In this document: positions 47,543-61,119 of the stretch, piece by piece | Numbering within the stretch: position 1 is the first letter of the stretch | How the letters are laid out: each line of letters starts with the position of its first letter | NCBI GenBank assembly: GCA_019636275.1 | Contig: JAHBXY010000023.1 | Span: 1,509 to 65,508, forward strand | Reading direction: 5' to 3' | Length of the DNA stretch: 64,000 nucleotides | Source of the DNA: Planctomycetota bacterium | Lineage (GTDB): Bacteria; Planctomycetota; J058 | Made by a program: the position numbers and the translations under genes | The notes under the pieces: generated by a model | Database searches by the model: none | What the model saw: the letters and a program-made list of their open reading frames with translations, nothing else | Told to the model about the DNA's origin: nothing

Positions 47543-49495
47543 CTACTCCAGCGGCAGGAGGCGCACGCAGGCCCCGTCGCCGCGCGTGCCGACCGCCAGC
47601 CAGCGCCCGTCGGGCGACACGGACAGCCCCTCGAGCTCGCCCTCGACCTCGACGAGGCCGCGCTGGGCGCGCCGCTCGAGGTCCCAGGTGCGCAGCTCGA
47701 TGCGCGGGGGGCTCGTGGGGGTGGCGCCGGCGAGGCCGGCGGCCGAGAAGACCGCGCGTCCGTCGGGCGAGGTCGCGACGGCCCGCACGGGCGCGCGGTG
47801 CGCCCCGAGCATGGGGGTGCCCTCGCGCGCGTCGGCCAGGAAGGCCCCGACGAGCACGCCCGCGGCCACGTCGATCGCCACGAGCTGCGAGGCGCTCGTG
47901 GCCAGGAGCAGCCAGCGCCCGTCGGGCGAGAAGGCCGCTGACCGCGCCGAGCCCGGGACCCCGCCCACGCGCCAGCGCCGCACGGGCGCCGCGCCGGCGA
48001 CGTCCCACAGCGTGGCCCAGCCGACCTCCCCGGTCCCGGCGCCCGTGGCCAGGAGGGCCCCGTCGGCCGAGATCGCCAGGCACTGCAGCAGCTCGGCCTC
48101 GACCTCGGCGGCCGCGGCGAAGGTCGCCGGGTCGAGCAGCAGGGCCTTGCCCGGGCCGACGGCCGCCACCCGCCCGGTCGGCGCGGCGACGAGCGCGCCG
48201 CCGGGCGCGCGCCCCACCGGCACCGGGTCGCCGTCCGGCGCCAGGCGCAGGAGCCGCCCGTCCGTCGTCACCACGAGCGCCGCGCCGCCGAGCTGGGCCG
48301 CCGCGGCCCTGGCCCGCAGGGGCCACGCCCTCAGCTCCGCCCCGGTCGCCGTCGACCACAGGCGCACGTCGTCGTCGGCGGCGCCCGTGAGCACGCGCTC
48401 GCCGTCGACCCACACGGCCCAGCGCCCCTGCCCGCGGCGCGTCGCCGCGACCCGCCGCGGCCGCCGCGGGCCCTCGGTCGTCGGCGTCATCGGCATCGCC
48501 GGGGGCGTCGTCGGGGGTGTGGGCGCCGCGGCCGCCGGGTGGGGGGCATCCGGCGTCGTCGCCGGCAGCGGCGGCGCCGGCCACGCGCCGAGCGTGAGGA
48601 GGCCGACCAGCGGCAGGAGTCCGACGACGACGCCGGCCGCGAGGGCGCGCAGGCCGGGGCGCCGGCCGGCCACCGGGCGACCGGCGAGGGCGGCGTCGAG
48701 GTCACGGGCGAGGGCGCCCGCATCGGGGTAGCGGCGCGCGGGGTCGCGCTCGAGGGCGCGCAGGCACACCGCCTCGAGGCCGCGGTCGATCGACGGGTCG
48801 ATCGACCGCGGGCGCGGGATCGGCGCCTCCTCGATCCGCGCCGCCAGCTCGACCAGCGAGCCGGCCTGGAAGGGGAAGCGCCCGGTGAGCGCCTCGTAGA
48901 GCACGAGCCCCAGCGCCCACACGTCGATCGCCGGCCCGGGCGCGCGCCGCTCGGTCGCGAACTGCTCGGGCGCCATGTGCGTGGGCGTGCCGACCATGGC
49001 GCCGGTGGCCGTGAGGCGGTCGTCGCCCTCGAGGTGCGCCAGGCCGAAGTCGGTGACGCGCACGCGCCCGTCGTCGCCGACGAGGAGGTTGTCGGGCTTG
49101 AGGTCGCGGTGCAGGACGCCGCGCTCGTGCGCGTGCCCGACCGCCCGGGCCGCGTCGCGCACGAGCGCCGCGCGCCCGCGCGGGTCGAGCGCGCGCACCG
49201 CCTCGGCGAACGGGCGGCCTTCGACCAGCTCGTAGACGATGCACGGCCGCCCGGCGAACAGCCCGACGGCGTGGACCTTCACCAGCCCCGGGTGGTCGAG
49301 CGCGGCCGTGACCGCGCCCTCGCGCTGGAAGCGCGCCACCGCCGACGCGTGCAGCCTGTGCAGGAGCTTGAGGGCGACCTCGCGCCCGGTGCGCGTGTCG
49401 CGCGCCCGGTGGACCGCCCCGAAGCCGCCCTGGCCGAGCAGGCCGACGGGCTCGAAGAGCGGCGTCAGGTCGTGGAGGTCGTCCGACGACGCCAT
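47543..49495 (-). CDS. Ser/Thr protein kinase with TM helix and WD40-like propeller
   Basis: LGQGGFGAV, VALK, HRDLKPDN, TDFGLA, GTPTHMAPE and DVWALG, then TM, Pro-rich linker and SPDG WD40 repeats. Confidence 0.92.
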   Translation of the reverse strand: MASSDDLHDLTPLFEPVGLLGQGGFGAVHRARDTRTGREVALKLLHRLHASAVARFQREGAVTAALDHPGLVKVHAVGLFAGRPCIVYELVEGRPFAEAVRALDPRGRAALVRDAARAVGHAHERGVLHRDLKPDNLLVGDDGRVRVTDFGLAHLEGDDRLTATGAMVGTPTHMAPEQFATERRAPGPAIDVWALGLVLYEALTGRFPFQAGSLVELAARIEEAPIPRPRSIDPSIDRGLEAVCLRALERDPARRYPDAGALARDLDAALAGRPVAGRRPGLRALAAGVVVGLLPLVGLLTLGAWPAPPLPATTPDAPHPAAAAPTPPTTPPAMPMTPTTEGPRRPRRVAATRRGQGRWAVWVDGERVLTGAADDDVRLWSTATGAELRAWPLRARAAAAQLGGAALVVTTDGRLLRLAPDGDPVPVGRAPGGALVAAPTGRVAAVGPGKALLLDPATFAAAAEVEAELLQCLAISADGALLATGAGTGEVGWATLWDVAGAAPVRRWRVGGVPGSARSAAFSPDGRWLLLATSASQLVAIDVAAGVLVGAFLADAREGTPMLGAHRAPVRAVATSPDGRAVFSAAGLAGATPTSPPRIELRTWDLERRAQRGLVEVEGELEGLSVSPDGRWLAVGTRGDGACVRLLPLE

Positions 49496-49531
49496 CGGGT
49501 CGAGCGTGGCTCGCCGGGCGGCCCCGCGCCA

Positions 49532-51405
49532 TCAGCCCGGGGGCGCCAGGCTCACGCCGACGGCGAGGAAGTCGCCGTCGACGGCCGGCCGCGCGGCGAG
49601 CGGCGTCTGGCCCACGACGACGCCCTCGTCGAGCGGCGCCCACGTCCCCCGCGGCACCTCGCGCCCGCCCGCGCGCAAGGGCCCCGCGTGCGGCGTGACC
49701 TGGAAGCCGCCCCGGACCATGTCGAGCCCCAGCCGCGCGTGGCCGGGCACCACGCCGCTGGCGGCGGGGAGGCGCAGGGCGTCGTCGGGGCCGCTGCCCA
49801 GCGTGGCCTCGGCGCCCGGCCACACGACGACGTACTCGTGCCCGACGCCGTCGGCGCGCGCGAGGCGCAGGGCCAGCGACCCCGGCGCGACGCGGCCGAC
49901 GAGGCGCACGGAGGTCAGGGCCAGGACGAGCTCGAAGTCGCGGCCGACCGGCAGCGGCGTGGGCGCGCCGACCGACTCGGCCCCGCGCCGCTCCACGGGC
50001 AGGCGCGCGCCGTCGAGCGTCGTCCCGTAGGTGCTCGCCCGGGCGGGCGCGTCGCGCTGCCCGCAGGCCACGAGCAGCGCGTCGCCGCGCCGCTGCACGT
50101 AGAGGTGCTTGCGGCTGATGCGGTTCGAGTCGACGTTCTCGATCGCGGGCCCGCGGAAGGCGCGCAGGATGATGTCGTTGCCGCGCTCGCGCCCGAGGTC
50201 GAGCGCGCCGTCGCGCGGCGTGAGCAGGAACAGGGCCGTCGGGGCGTCGCCGGCGCGCAGGACGAGCGGCCCCGGCAGGCGCGCCGGCGCCTCGAGCGGC
50301 TGGGTCACCTCGCCGCCCGGCGGCGGGACCGTCAGGGCCGCGTCGCCGGCGAAGAGCGACGTCTCCGTCGGCGGGCGGGGGGCCACGCGCACGACGAGCG
50401 GCGGCGGCGGCGCGGTCGGCGCGAGCGCGACCGGCGCAGGCGCCGGAGCCGGCTCCGGTGAGACCGGCCGCGGCGCGACGCTGATCGTCTGGAAGCGGAC
50501 CGGCGCGGGCTCCGCCGCCGGGACGGCGGCCGCGCCGCGGATCTCGGCCGGCATGCGGTCGCGGAACTCGGGGCGCAGGCCGAGCTGCAGGAGCCGGGCG
50601 GTGCCGGGGCCGATGTCGCCGTCCCACGCCTCGCGCACGGCGAAGCGGGCGCGGCGCGTGCGCCGCCGCCGGGCCGGGAGGAGGCCGAGCAGGGCCCCGG
50701 CGTCGGCGCGCGCGCCGCCGTCGGCGCGCGCCAGGGCCTGCACGGCGCGCAGGAACTCGGCCCGACCGCCTGCGCGGCGTGGCGGCCGGCGGCTCGGGCG
50801 CGGGCCGACCGATCAATGGGGCGCGCGCTGCGGTGTGGAGCTCGAGCGCCAGGACGGTTACCAGGCGCGTCATAGCGCGCGCCGCGCGCCCGCGCGCGCG
50901 GTAGGCGGTCGGCGGGGTCGCGCGCGGCCAGCGGCATGACGCCCAGGTCGAGCAAAACGACGCGGTCGTCCGCGGCGGGGTCGACGAGGACGCGCCGGGG
51001 CGAGAGCCCGCCGTGGTGCAGGCCGAGGCGCCGGGCGACGGCCAGCGCGTGCAGGACGCCGCGCAGGACCTCGCGCGCGCGCTCGGGCGCGAGCGGCGCC
51101 GCGGCCAGCAGGTCGGTCAGGCTGCGGCCCTCGTGATACTCCTGCGCCAGGACCAGCTCGCCGTCGGGGCCCCAGGCGAGGTCCAGCGGGCGCGCCAGCG
51201 GGCCCGGCGGGGCGGCGCGCAGGGCCTCGATCGCCTGGCGCACGGCGGGGAAGGCCGCCTCGGCCTCGGGGGTCCCGGGCAGGACGTGGACCTCGACCAG
51301 GCGGTCGCCCTCGGCCGTGTCCTCGGCCAGCGACGCGGCCCCACCCAGGCGGGCGGGCGCGGCCTCGACCCTGCGGTAGCGCTCGAGGATCAGCCCCTCG
51401 CTCAC
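49532..51405 (-). pseudogene. Pseudokinase + FHA-like domain protein, frameshifted (true pseudogene or assembly error)
   Basis: GTG at 51405 after GGAGG starts a kinase-like fold (LHHGGLSPRRVLV..LLDLG). The reading frame breaks around 50740-50920. The C-terminal part (49532..50743) has FHA motifs LGR..ISRKH..STYGT.LDG. Confidence 0.6.
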
Positions 51406-51483
51406 GGCTCCCCTCCGTCCGGCCGGAGGGTAGCACGGCGGGCGGGCGCCAGATGACATACCCGCCGGATACGATGCCCGCCG

Positions 51484-52377
51484 ATGACGGCCCGGGTCGA
51501 CCTGCACAGCCACACGACGCTCTCGGACGGCAGCCTCACGCCGCGCGAGCTGGTGCGGCTGGCGGCGCGAGTGGGGCTCGACGTGCTCGCCGTCACCGAC
51601 CACGACACGACCGAGGCGCTGGGCGAGGCGCTCGACGAGGCCGCCGGCCTGCCGCCAGACCGGGGGCTGCGCGTGATCCCCGGCATGGAGGTCAGCGCGG
51701 TCATCCCGGGCGCCGACGGGGACAAGAACGTCCACGTCCTGGGCTTCTTCCCGGCCGACCGGCTGGGCGCGCTGGCGGCCTGGCAGGACGAACGGCGCGC
51801 CGCGCGCCGCGCGCGCATGGCGTCGATGGTCGCGCGTCTGGGCGCGCTGGGGCTGCCGCTCGACCTCGAGGCGCTCGGCCGCGGCGCCGACCCGCGCCGC
51901 TCGCCCGGGCGGCTGCACGTCGCGCGCGCGCTGGTCGAGGCCGGCCACGTGCCGTCGGTGCGCGAGGCCTTCGACCTGTACCTCGGCCAGGGCAAGCCCG
52001 CCTACGTGCAGGACCGCGCGCCGACGGCCGGCGAGGCGATCGCCATGATCCGCGGCCTCGGCGGCGTGTCGGTCGTGGCGCACCCCGCGATCGATGGGCT
52101 CGACGCGCACCTCGAGGCGCTGGTCGCCATGGGCCTCGAGGGCGTCGAGGCCTACCACTTCGGCCACTCGCCCGAGGTGGCCGCCCACTTCCACGCGCGC
52201 GCCCGCGCCCTGGGGCTCCTCGTCACCGGCGGCTCCGACTACCACGGCGAGCCCACGCGCGCGCCGGGCGAGCCGCCGCCGGCCGACGACGAGCCGCCGC
52301 GCCTCGGGCGCGTGGCCCTCCCGCCCGACGCCTGGGAGCGCTTCGACGAGGTCCTGCGCGCGCGCGCCGGCGCCTGA
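51484..52377 (+). CDS. PHP-domain phosphoesterase (YciV/TrpH-like)
   Basis: DLHSHTTLSDG, AVTDHDT, GMEVS, VHVLG, GRLHVARAL, AHP and TGGSDYHG. Confidence 0.92.
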   Translation: MTARVDLHSHTTLSDGSLTPRELVRLAARVGLDVLAVTDHDTTEALGEALDEAAGLPPDRGLRVIPGMEVSAVIPGADGDKNVHVLGFFPADRLGALAAWQDERRAARRARMASMVARLGALGLPLDLEALGRGADPRRSPGRLHVARALVEAGHVPSVREAFDLYLGQGKPAYVQDRAPTAGEAIAMIRGLGGVSVVAHPAIDGLDAHLEALVAMGLEGVEAYHFGHSPEVAAHFHARARALGLLVTGGSDYHGEPTRAPGEPPPADDEPPRLGRVALPPDAWERFDEVLRARAGA

Positions 52378-52412
52378 TCCCACCCACGATCCACCCGGAA
52401 GGCGACTGACCC

Positions 52413-53921
52413 GTGACCCGAGTCCAGCTCAAGGCCAACGACCCCGCCCAGGAGAAGCTCGACCTCCTCGCCGTCCTCGCGTTCGAAGGCGACAAGCCGG
52501 AGGCGGCGATCGACGAGCTCACCGGCGGCAAGGCGGCGCGCGCCGTGCGCCTGGGCGACTTCAAGGGCAAGGCGCGCCAGACGGCGCTGTTCTACGGCGA
52601 GGACGGCAAGGTGGCGCGCGTGCTCCTCGTGGGGCTCGGCCCGCGCAAGGGCGCCACGGTCGAGCGCGTGCGGCGCGCGGCGGGCGCGGCGGCCGGCGAG
52701 GCGCGGCGCCTCGAGGTGCGCCGGCTGGGCCTCGCCCTGCCGGCGACCTTGCCGGCCGGCCTGCACCAGGCCGAGGTCGCCGCGGCGGCGGCCGAGGCGG
52801 CGGTGCTCGCCGACTACGCCTACGACCGCTTCAAGGGCCAGGCCGGCGGCGAGCCGAAGAAGCCCCGGCCCGAGCTGGCGGTCGAGGTCTTCGCGGGCAA
52901 GGACGCGCAGGCGGCCGTCGACCGCGCCGTCGCCGTGGCGCAGGGGGCCAACCTGGCGCGGGACCTCGCCAACGGCCCGGCGAACCACATGACGCCCACG
53001 CTCCTGGCGAGCGCCGCGCGCGAGGCGGGCCGGACGCACGGCTTCAAGGTGAAGGTCCTCGACCCCGACGAGATGAAGCGCCTCGGCATGGGCGCGCTCC
53101 TGGCCGTGGCGCAGGGGTCGCACGAGCCGGCGCGGTTCATCCACATGGAGCACGCGCCGAAGGGCAAGGCGAAGCCGAAGGGCGGGACGGTGGTCGTCGT
53201 CGGCAAGGGGATCACGTTCGACACGGGCGGGATCTCGATCAAGCCGGCCGACAAGATGTGGGAGATGAAGTTCGACAAGGCCGGCGGCTGCGCGGTCGTC
53301 GGCCTCATGGCGGCGCTGGCGAGCGCGGGGCTGCCGGCGCGCGTGATCGGCCTCGTGCCGGCGACGGAGAACATGCCCGGCGGCGCGGCGGTCAAGCCGG
53401 GCGACGTCGTGCGCGCGCTCAACGGCAAGTCGATCGAGATCCTCAACACCGACGCCGAGGGGCGCCTGATCCTGGCCGACGCCCTGGCCTACGCGGCGCG
53501 CTTCAAGCCCGACGTCGTGATCGACATGGCCACGCTCACCGGCGCCGTGCTCGTGGCCCTGGGCGACGTGCGCGCGGCCGTGCTCAGCACGGACGACGCC
53601 CTGGCCGACGCCCTGCGCGCGGCCGGCGACGCCACGGGCGAGCTCCTCTGGCCGCTGCCCATGGACGACGCGTATGGCGAGCACGTCAAGGGCGAGGTGG
53701 CCGACGTGAAGAACCTGGGCAAGGGGCGCGAGGCGGGCACGATCGCCGGCGCCTGGTTCCTGCGCCACTTCGTGCCCGAGGGCGCCGCCTGGGCGCACCT
53801 CGACATCGCCGGCACCGCCTGGGCCAGCGGCGACCCCGGCAAGGGCTACCTGGGCAAGGGGGCCTCGGGCTTCGGCGTGCGCCTGCTGTTCGAGTACTTG
53901 CGCGCCCGCTGCGAAGGTTGA
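52413..53921 (+). CDS. pepA: Leucyl aminopeptidase (M17)
   Basis: VGKGITFDTGGISIK, MKFDKAG, NTDAEGRLILAD, DMATLTGA and WAHLDIAGT. Confidence 0.95.
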   Translation: MTRVQLKANDPAQEKLDLLAVLAFEGDKPEAAIDELTGGKAARAVRLGDFKGKARQTALFYGEDGKVARVLLVGLGPRKGATVERVRRAAGAAAGEARRLEVRRLGLALPATLPAGLHQAEVAAAAAEAAVLADYAYDRFKGQAGGEPKKPRPELAVEVFAGKDAQAAVDRAVAVAQGANLARDLANGPANHMTPTLLASAAREAGRTHGFKVKVLDPDEMKRLGMGALLAVAQGSHEPARFIHMEHAPKGKAKPKGGTVVVVGKGITFDTGGISIKPADKMWEMKFDKAGGCAVVGLMAALASAGLPARVIGLVPATENMPGGAAVKPGDVVRALNGKSIEILNTDAEGRLILADALAYAARFKPDVVIDMATLTGAVLVALGDVRAAVLSTDDALADALRAAGDATGELLWPLPMDDAYGEHVKGEVADVKNLGKGREAGTIAGAWFLRHFVPEGAAWAHLDIAGTAWASGDPGKGYLGKGASGFGVRLLFEYLRARCEG

Positions 53922-53961
53922 CCGCGACGCGGAATGGTTAGCGCGTCAACTGCTGCGTCGA

Positions 53962-54092
53962 CCCGTTCCCGTTCCCGTTCCCGTTCCCGTTCCCGCTCCC
54001 GGTTGTAGGGGCCACTACTCCTCCTCCGTGTGGTCTCCATGCTCACTCGCATGATCAACACTTTCGGAGGTGCGGGAACGGGAACGGGAGCG
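53962..54092. repeat. Inverted hexamer tandem arrays (CCCGTT)n ... (CGGGAA)n between convergent genes
   Basis: Five perfect and two degenerate CCCGTT units at 53962-54003, and three CGGGA(A/G) units at 54073-54092. Confidence 0.8.
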
Positions 54093-54116
54093 AAGACTCG
54101 ACTGTGAGTTGCCCGC

Positions 54117-55748
54117 TCAGCCCGCCTCGAACACGACGCGCCCGCCGGTGACCGTCAGGTCGACGCGCGCGCCGGGCCACTCGGCGGGCGGCATGGCGAG
54201 GAGGTCGTACGAGAAGACGACCAGGTCGGCCGCCTGGCCGGGCGCCAGGCGGCCGAGCCAGGCCTCGCGGTGGGCCGAGCGGGCGGCGCCGAGCGTGTAG
54301 GCCTCGAGCGCCTCGAGCGGCGTGAGCGCCTGGTCGGGGAAGAAGGCCGGCAGGTCGGGCTCGCGCGGCGAGCGGCGCGTGACGGCGCAGGAGAGGTTCG
54401 GCAGCGGGTCGAGCGGCTCGACCGGGTAGTCGGTGCCGGCGGCGACGAGGGCGCCCTGGTCGACGAGGTCGCGCCAGGGGTAGGCGTGGGCGCAGCGCGC
54501 GTGGCCCAGGCGGGCCTCGGCGATCCTGAGGTCGCTCGCCAGGTGGATCGGCTGCACCGAGGCCACGACGCCCAGACGCGCCAGGCGCTCGAGGTCGCCC
54601 GGGCGGAAGACCTGCGCGTGCTCGATCCGGTGGCGGGCCGCGCGCAACGACGCCGGGCCGGCGGCGCGGGCGATCGCCTCGTAGACGTCGAGGGCCCGCG
54701 CCAGCGCCAGGTCGCCGATCGCGTGCAGGCCGACCTGCCGCCCCGAGAGGTGCGCCACGAGCGCGCGCGCGGCGGCCGTCTCGGGGTCGAGGAGCGGCAC
54801 GCCCGTGTGGCAGGGGTCGTCGTGGTAGGGCTCCTCGAGCAGCGCCGTGCGCGAGCCGAGGCTGCCGTCGAGGTAGCCCTTGAGCAGCCCGAACCACAGG
54901 AGGTCGCGCGGGACGCCGCGCGCGCGCAGGGCGCGCTCGTCGTGCTCGAGCGCCTCGAGCGGCCGCTCGAGGCGCCGCCAGAGGAGGACGCGCGCCGTGA
55001 GGCGCCCGGCGTCGAAGACGCGCGCGTAGGCCTCGGCCGGGGCGAGCGCCTCGTCGAAGCTCGGGTCATCCTGGATCGACGTGATCCCCAGCGCCGCCAG
55101 GCGCGGCATGACGCGCTCGAGCGCGCGCACCTGCTCGTCGAGCGTGGGCGAGGGGACGCGCTTGCTCACGAGCTCGAGCGCCGGGTCCTCGAGGAGGATC
55201 CCGCTCGGCTCGCCGTCCGGCAGGCGCAGGAGCCGCCCGCCGGGCGGGTCGGGGGTCTCGCGCGTGACGCCCGCCAGGCGCAGGGCGGCCGCGTTGACCA
55301 GGGCGGCGTGGCCGTCGCGGCGGCGCAGGAGCACCGGCGTGCGCGGGGCCACGGCGTCGAGCGCGGCGCGCGCGGGCCAGGCGCCGCCGGGGAACAGGTC
55401 CGCGTCCCACCCGCGCCCGAGGACCCAGGCGTCCTCGCCGCGGGCCGCGATCCGCCCGGCCACGGCGCGCGCCAGGTCGTCGTCGCGCCGCGCGTCGCGC
55501 AGGTCGAGCGCGTCCTCGGCGAGCGCACCGCCGAGCAGGTGGGTGTGCGCGTCGTGGAGGCCGGGCGCGGCCATCCCCCCGCGGAGCGGCACGACGCGGG
55601 TGCCGGGGCCGGTCCAGGCGCGCGCGACCTCGTCGCCGCCCGTGGCCACGACCACGCCGCCCCGGACGGCGACGGCCCGGGCCAGGCCGTCGCCCGTGAA
55701 GACCGTCCCGCCGCTGAAGACCAGGTCGGCCGGGCCGTCGGCGGTCAC
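54117..55748 (-). CDS. Amidohydrolase family 3 (YtcJ-like)
   Basis: PGLHDAHTH, GRGWD, DGHAALVN, K.YLDGSLGSRTA, HAIGD, HRIEHAQ, GTDYPV and G.LAPGQAADLVV. Confidence 0.92.
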   Translation of the reverse strand: MTADGPADLVFSGGTVFTGDGLARAVAVRGGVVVATGGDEVARAWTGPGTRVVPLRGGMAAPGLHDAHTHLLGGALAEDALDLRDARRDDDLARAVAGRIAARGEDAWVLGRGWDADLFPGGAWPARAALDAVAPRTPVLLRRRDGHAALVNAAALRLAGVTRETPDPPGGRLLRLPDGEPSGILLEDPALELVSKRVPSPTLDEQVRALERVMPRLAALGITSIQDDPSFDEALAPAEAYARVFDAGRLTARVLLWRRLERPLEALEHDERALRARGVPRDLLWFGLLKGYLDGSLGSRTALLEEPYHDDPCHTGVPLLDPETAAARALVAHLSGRQVGLHAIGDLALARALDVYEAIARAAGPASLRAARHRIEHAQVFRPGDLERLARLGVVASVQPIHLASDLRIAEARLGHARCAHAYPWRDLVDQGALVAAGTDYPVEPLDPLPNLSCAVTRRSPREPDLPAFFPDQALTPLEALEAYTLGAARSAHREAWLGRLAPGQAADLVVFSYDLLAMPPAEWPGARVDLTVTGGRVVFEAG

Positions 55749-56791
55749 CCGACCACCGGCGACGGCGGCGGCGGCGGGGCGTCGGGCTCGAACAGCTCGA
55801 GGTCGACGTGGACCGCCTCGGGGACCGCCTGGTCGACGACGCGGTTCAGCCGGGCGACCTCGCGCGCGGCGGCGCGGGCGGCCAGCGCCGCGACCTCCTC
55901 GAGCACGGCCAGCGGCGGGGCGCCGGCCTGGAGGCGGGCGACCTCGCGCTCGAGGTCGGGGCGCAGGCGCTCGGCCAGGAAGCGCTCGCGCAGGTCGATC
56001 TCCGCCTTCACGCGCGCGCGCCCGGCGCCGACGACCTCCGTCTTGAGGTCCTCGACGCGCTCGACCACACCGTCGGCGAGGAGCGCCGCGCGGATCCGCG
56101 CCTCGCCGCGCGGGCCGATCGACGCGCCCAGGAGCAGGCGGCCGTTCGAGCGGGCGAGGAAGATCGCCACCACGCCGAGGAGCGCGGCGATGCACAGCGT
56201 CGCCACGGCGTCGGGGATCGGGCTGTGCAGCCACTGCGACAGGCCGACGCCGATCAGGGCCAGCACGACGCCCAGGATCGCCGCCGCGTCCTCGAGGAGG
56301 ACGCCGACGCCCGTCGGGTCGTCGCCCTCGCGCAGGAACTCGAGGAAGGGCGTGTCGCCGCGGTCGGCGTTGATCCCCTGCAGGGCGACGAAGAACGAGT
56401 AGCCCTCGAGCACCAACGACACGCCCAGGATCGAGAGGCCCACGAGCGACGGCTGCACCTCGTGCGGGTCGAGGAGCGAGTGGACGCCGTGGTAGGCGGT
56501 CACGCCGCAGCCGAGGAAGAAGAGGCCCATCGCGCTCTTGAGGTTCCACAGCCAGCGGGCGGCGCCCCAGCCGTAGGGGTGCTCCGGCGTGGCGGCCTTC
56601 TGGCTCCTGCGGATCCCGATCCACAGGAGGACCTGGTTGCCGACGTCCGCCGTGGTGTGGATCGCCTCGGCCAGGAGCGCCGGGCTGCGCGTGAGCACGG
56701 CCCCGACGTACTTCAGGACCATGATGAACGTGTTGACCGCGACGGCGACGATCACCGCGCGGAGCGAGTTGTCTTCCCCGTGTCCGCCCAT
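55745..56791 (-). CDS. Cation diffusion facilitator (CDF) transporter
   Basis: SPALLAEAIHTTADVGNQ, HPYGWG, LLEDAAA and PDAVAT; six TM helices plus a C-terminal domain. Confidence 0.9.
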   Translation of the reverse strand: MGGHGEDNSLRAVIVAVAVNTFIMVLKYVGAVLTRSPALLAEAIHTTADVGNQVLLWIGIRRSQKAATPEHPYGWGAARWLWNLKSAMGLFFLGCGVTAYHGVHSLLDPHEVQPSLVGLSILGVSLVLEGYSFFVALQGINADRGDTPFLEFLREGDDPTGVGVLLEDAAAILGVVLALIGVGLSQWLHSPIPDAVATLCIAALLGVVAIFLARSNGRLLLGASIGPRGEARIRAALLADGVVERVEDLKTEVVGAGRARVKAEIDLRERFLAERLRPDLEREVARLQAGAPPLAVLEEVAALAARAAAREVARLNRVVDQAVPEAVHVDLELFEPDAPPPPPSPVVG

Positions 56792-58329
56792 GCGCCGGAG
56801 TCTATGGCCGCCCTGGCGCGGCGGCAATCTCGCCAGGCGCTGACGAGGGAGACGACGGCGACCCCGACGAGCGCGGCGCCGGCCGCGCCGAGGGCCAGGA
56901 GCGGCAGGTAGCGCGCGCGCGGGTCGAGCGGCCAGGGGCCCAGGGCCAGGCCGGCCCAGGCGCTCGTCAGGAGCGCGCAGGCGGTCGCGCTCCAGGCGAC
57001 GAGCGTCGCCGCGCGCCGCGCGGGGGTCCACCGCGCGGCCGCCGCGCCGGTCGCCAGGGCGGCCAGGAGGCCCAGCGCCGCGACGCGGGTCGAGTGGAGC
57101 GCGGTCGTGTCGAGGGCCGAGTGCGTGAGCGGCCGCCCGAGGAGGAGGTGCAGGCCCACGACGAGCGCCGGCCAGAGGAGCGCGAAGGGCAGGAGGGCGG
57201 CGGGCAGGCGGGCCGCCCGCCAGGCGACCGCCAGGGCGGCGGCCGCGAGGGGCACGAGCCAGGCGCGCCGCCGCGCGAGGTCGTCGCCGTCGGCGCGGCG
57301 GCCCGCGTCGACGGCGTCCGCCAGGCGGCGGTGGTGGGCGAGGTCGGGCGTCGTCCCCGGCGGCGCGAGGGCGGTGACCGGGGCGCCCACGGCGGTCCGC
57401 GGCGGCGGCACGCCGAGCCAGGCGGCGAGCGTGGCGGCCAGGCGCTCGGCGTCGACGTCGTCGGCGAGGCGGCCGGGCGCGAGCCCGGGCCCTCGCACGA
57501 GGAGCGGCGCGCGCGCGACCTCGGGTTCGGGGCCGCCGTGGCCGCCGGGGGCGATGTGCCCGTGGTCGGAGAGGACGACGAGCGCCGCGCCCTGCGCGGC
57601 GCGGGCCGCCCGGGCGACGACCTCGTCGGCGCGCTCGAGCGCCGCCCGGTGGGCGGCCGAGCCGACGCCGTGGCCGTGCGAGGCGGCGTCGACGGCCAGG
57701 ACGTGCACGACGAGCAGCGCGGGCGGCGGCGCCGCCCGCCAGCGGACGAGCGCGTCGTCGAGCGGGGCGCCGAGGGCGTCGTCGCCGTCGGCGCCGCCGT
57801 CGCCGGGTCGCCCGTGCAGGCGGCGCAGCCAGTCGAGGCCCTCCGCGACGAAGGCCACGTGGCCGCCGGCGGCGCGCACGCCGGCGGGGACCGCCTCGTG
57901 GCGGGCGGGGGCGTCGAAGCGGTTCGAGCGCACACCCGAGGCGTCGGGCGGGACCCCCGTGAGCAGCAGGTGGTAGAAGGGCCGCGAGAAGGTGGGCGTC
58001 GGCAGGGCGATCACGGCCCGCCCCGACGCGGGCGCGAGCGCCTGCCAGGCGGTCAGGCGCCCGGCGTCGTCGACGCGCAGGCCGTCGACGAGCACCACGA
58101 GCAGGTGGCCGGGCGGCGGCGGGGCGGCCGGCGCGGGCGGGTCGGCGGCGGCCGCCGCCTCGAGCAGGTCAGCCGCGGCGGGCCGCCGGTCGGCGGTGGC
58201 CAGGAGGCGTTCGAGGAGGCCCAGGCAGCCCAGGGCCAGGGCCAGGGCGAGGGCGGCCTGCGTGCCTGCGACTCGGCGGTCTGCGCCTCGGCGGCCTGCG
58301 ACTCGGGGCTGGGGGACTCGCCCGTCCAC
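56752..58329 (-). CDS. Alkaline-phosphatase-superfamily membrane protein
   Basis: [25 protein letters not shown] and SDHGH..GGHGG, with C-terminal TM helices. The start codon is uncertain. Confidence 0.75.
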   Translation of the reverse strand: MDGRVPQPRVAGRRGADRRVAGTQAALALALALGCLGLLERLLATADRRPAAADLLEAAAAADPPAPAAPPPPGHLLVVLVDGLRVDDAGRLTAWQALAPASGRAVIALPTPTFSRPFYHLLLTGVPPDASGVRSNRFDAPARHEAVPAGVRAAGGHVAFVAEGLDWLRRLHGRPGDGGADGDDALGAPLDDALVRWRAAPPPALLVVHVLAVDAASHGHGVGSAAHRAALERADEVVARAARAAQGAALVVLSDHGHIAPGGHGGPEPEVARAPLLVRGPGLAPGRLADDVDAERLAATLAAWLGVPPPRTAVGAPVTALAPPGTTPDLAHHRRLADAVDAGRRADGDDLARRRAWLVPLAAAALAVAWRAARLPAALLPFALLWPALVVGLHLLLGRPLTHSALDTTALHSTRVAALGLLAALATGAAAARWTPARRAATLVAWSATACALLTSAWAGLALGPWPLDPRARYLPLLALGAAGAALVGVAVVSLVSAWRDCRRARAAIDSGAWADTGKTTRSAR

Positions 58330-58353
58330 ACCGCACCTCGCCCGACCGCGATG

Positions 58354-61011
<2,658 letters not shown>

Positions 61012-61119
61012 GGGCGGGCCCCCTCCCGGGAGTGGAGGGGGATGCAAGGCGTGCCAGAGCCCTGGCGAGGCCTCCTGCGTCGCGTCTCTCGACGGTGTGT
61101 GTCGCGAGGCGCAACGCGG

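Noticed and set aside
58263-58306. Short direct repeat GCCTGCGACTCGG x2 resembling a half operator
   Set aside because: It is not palindromic, lacks the matching -35 geometry, and is probably low-complexity sequence near a gene start.
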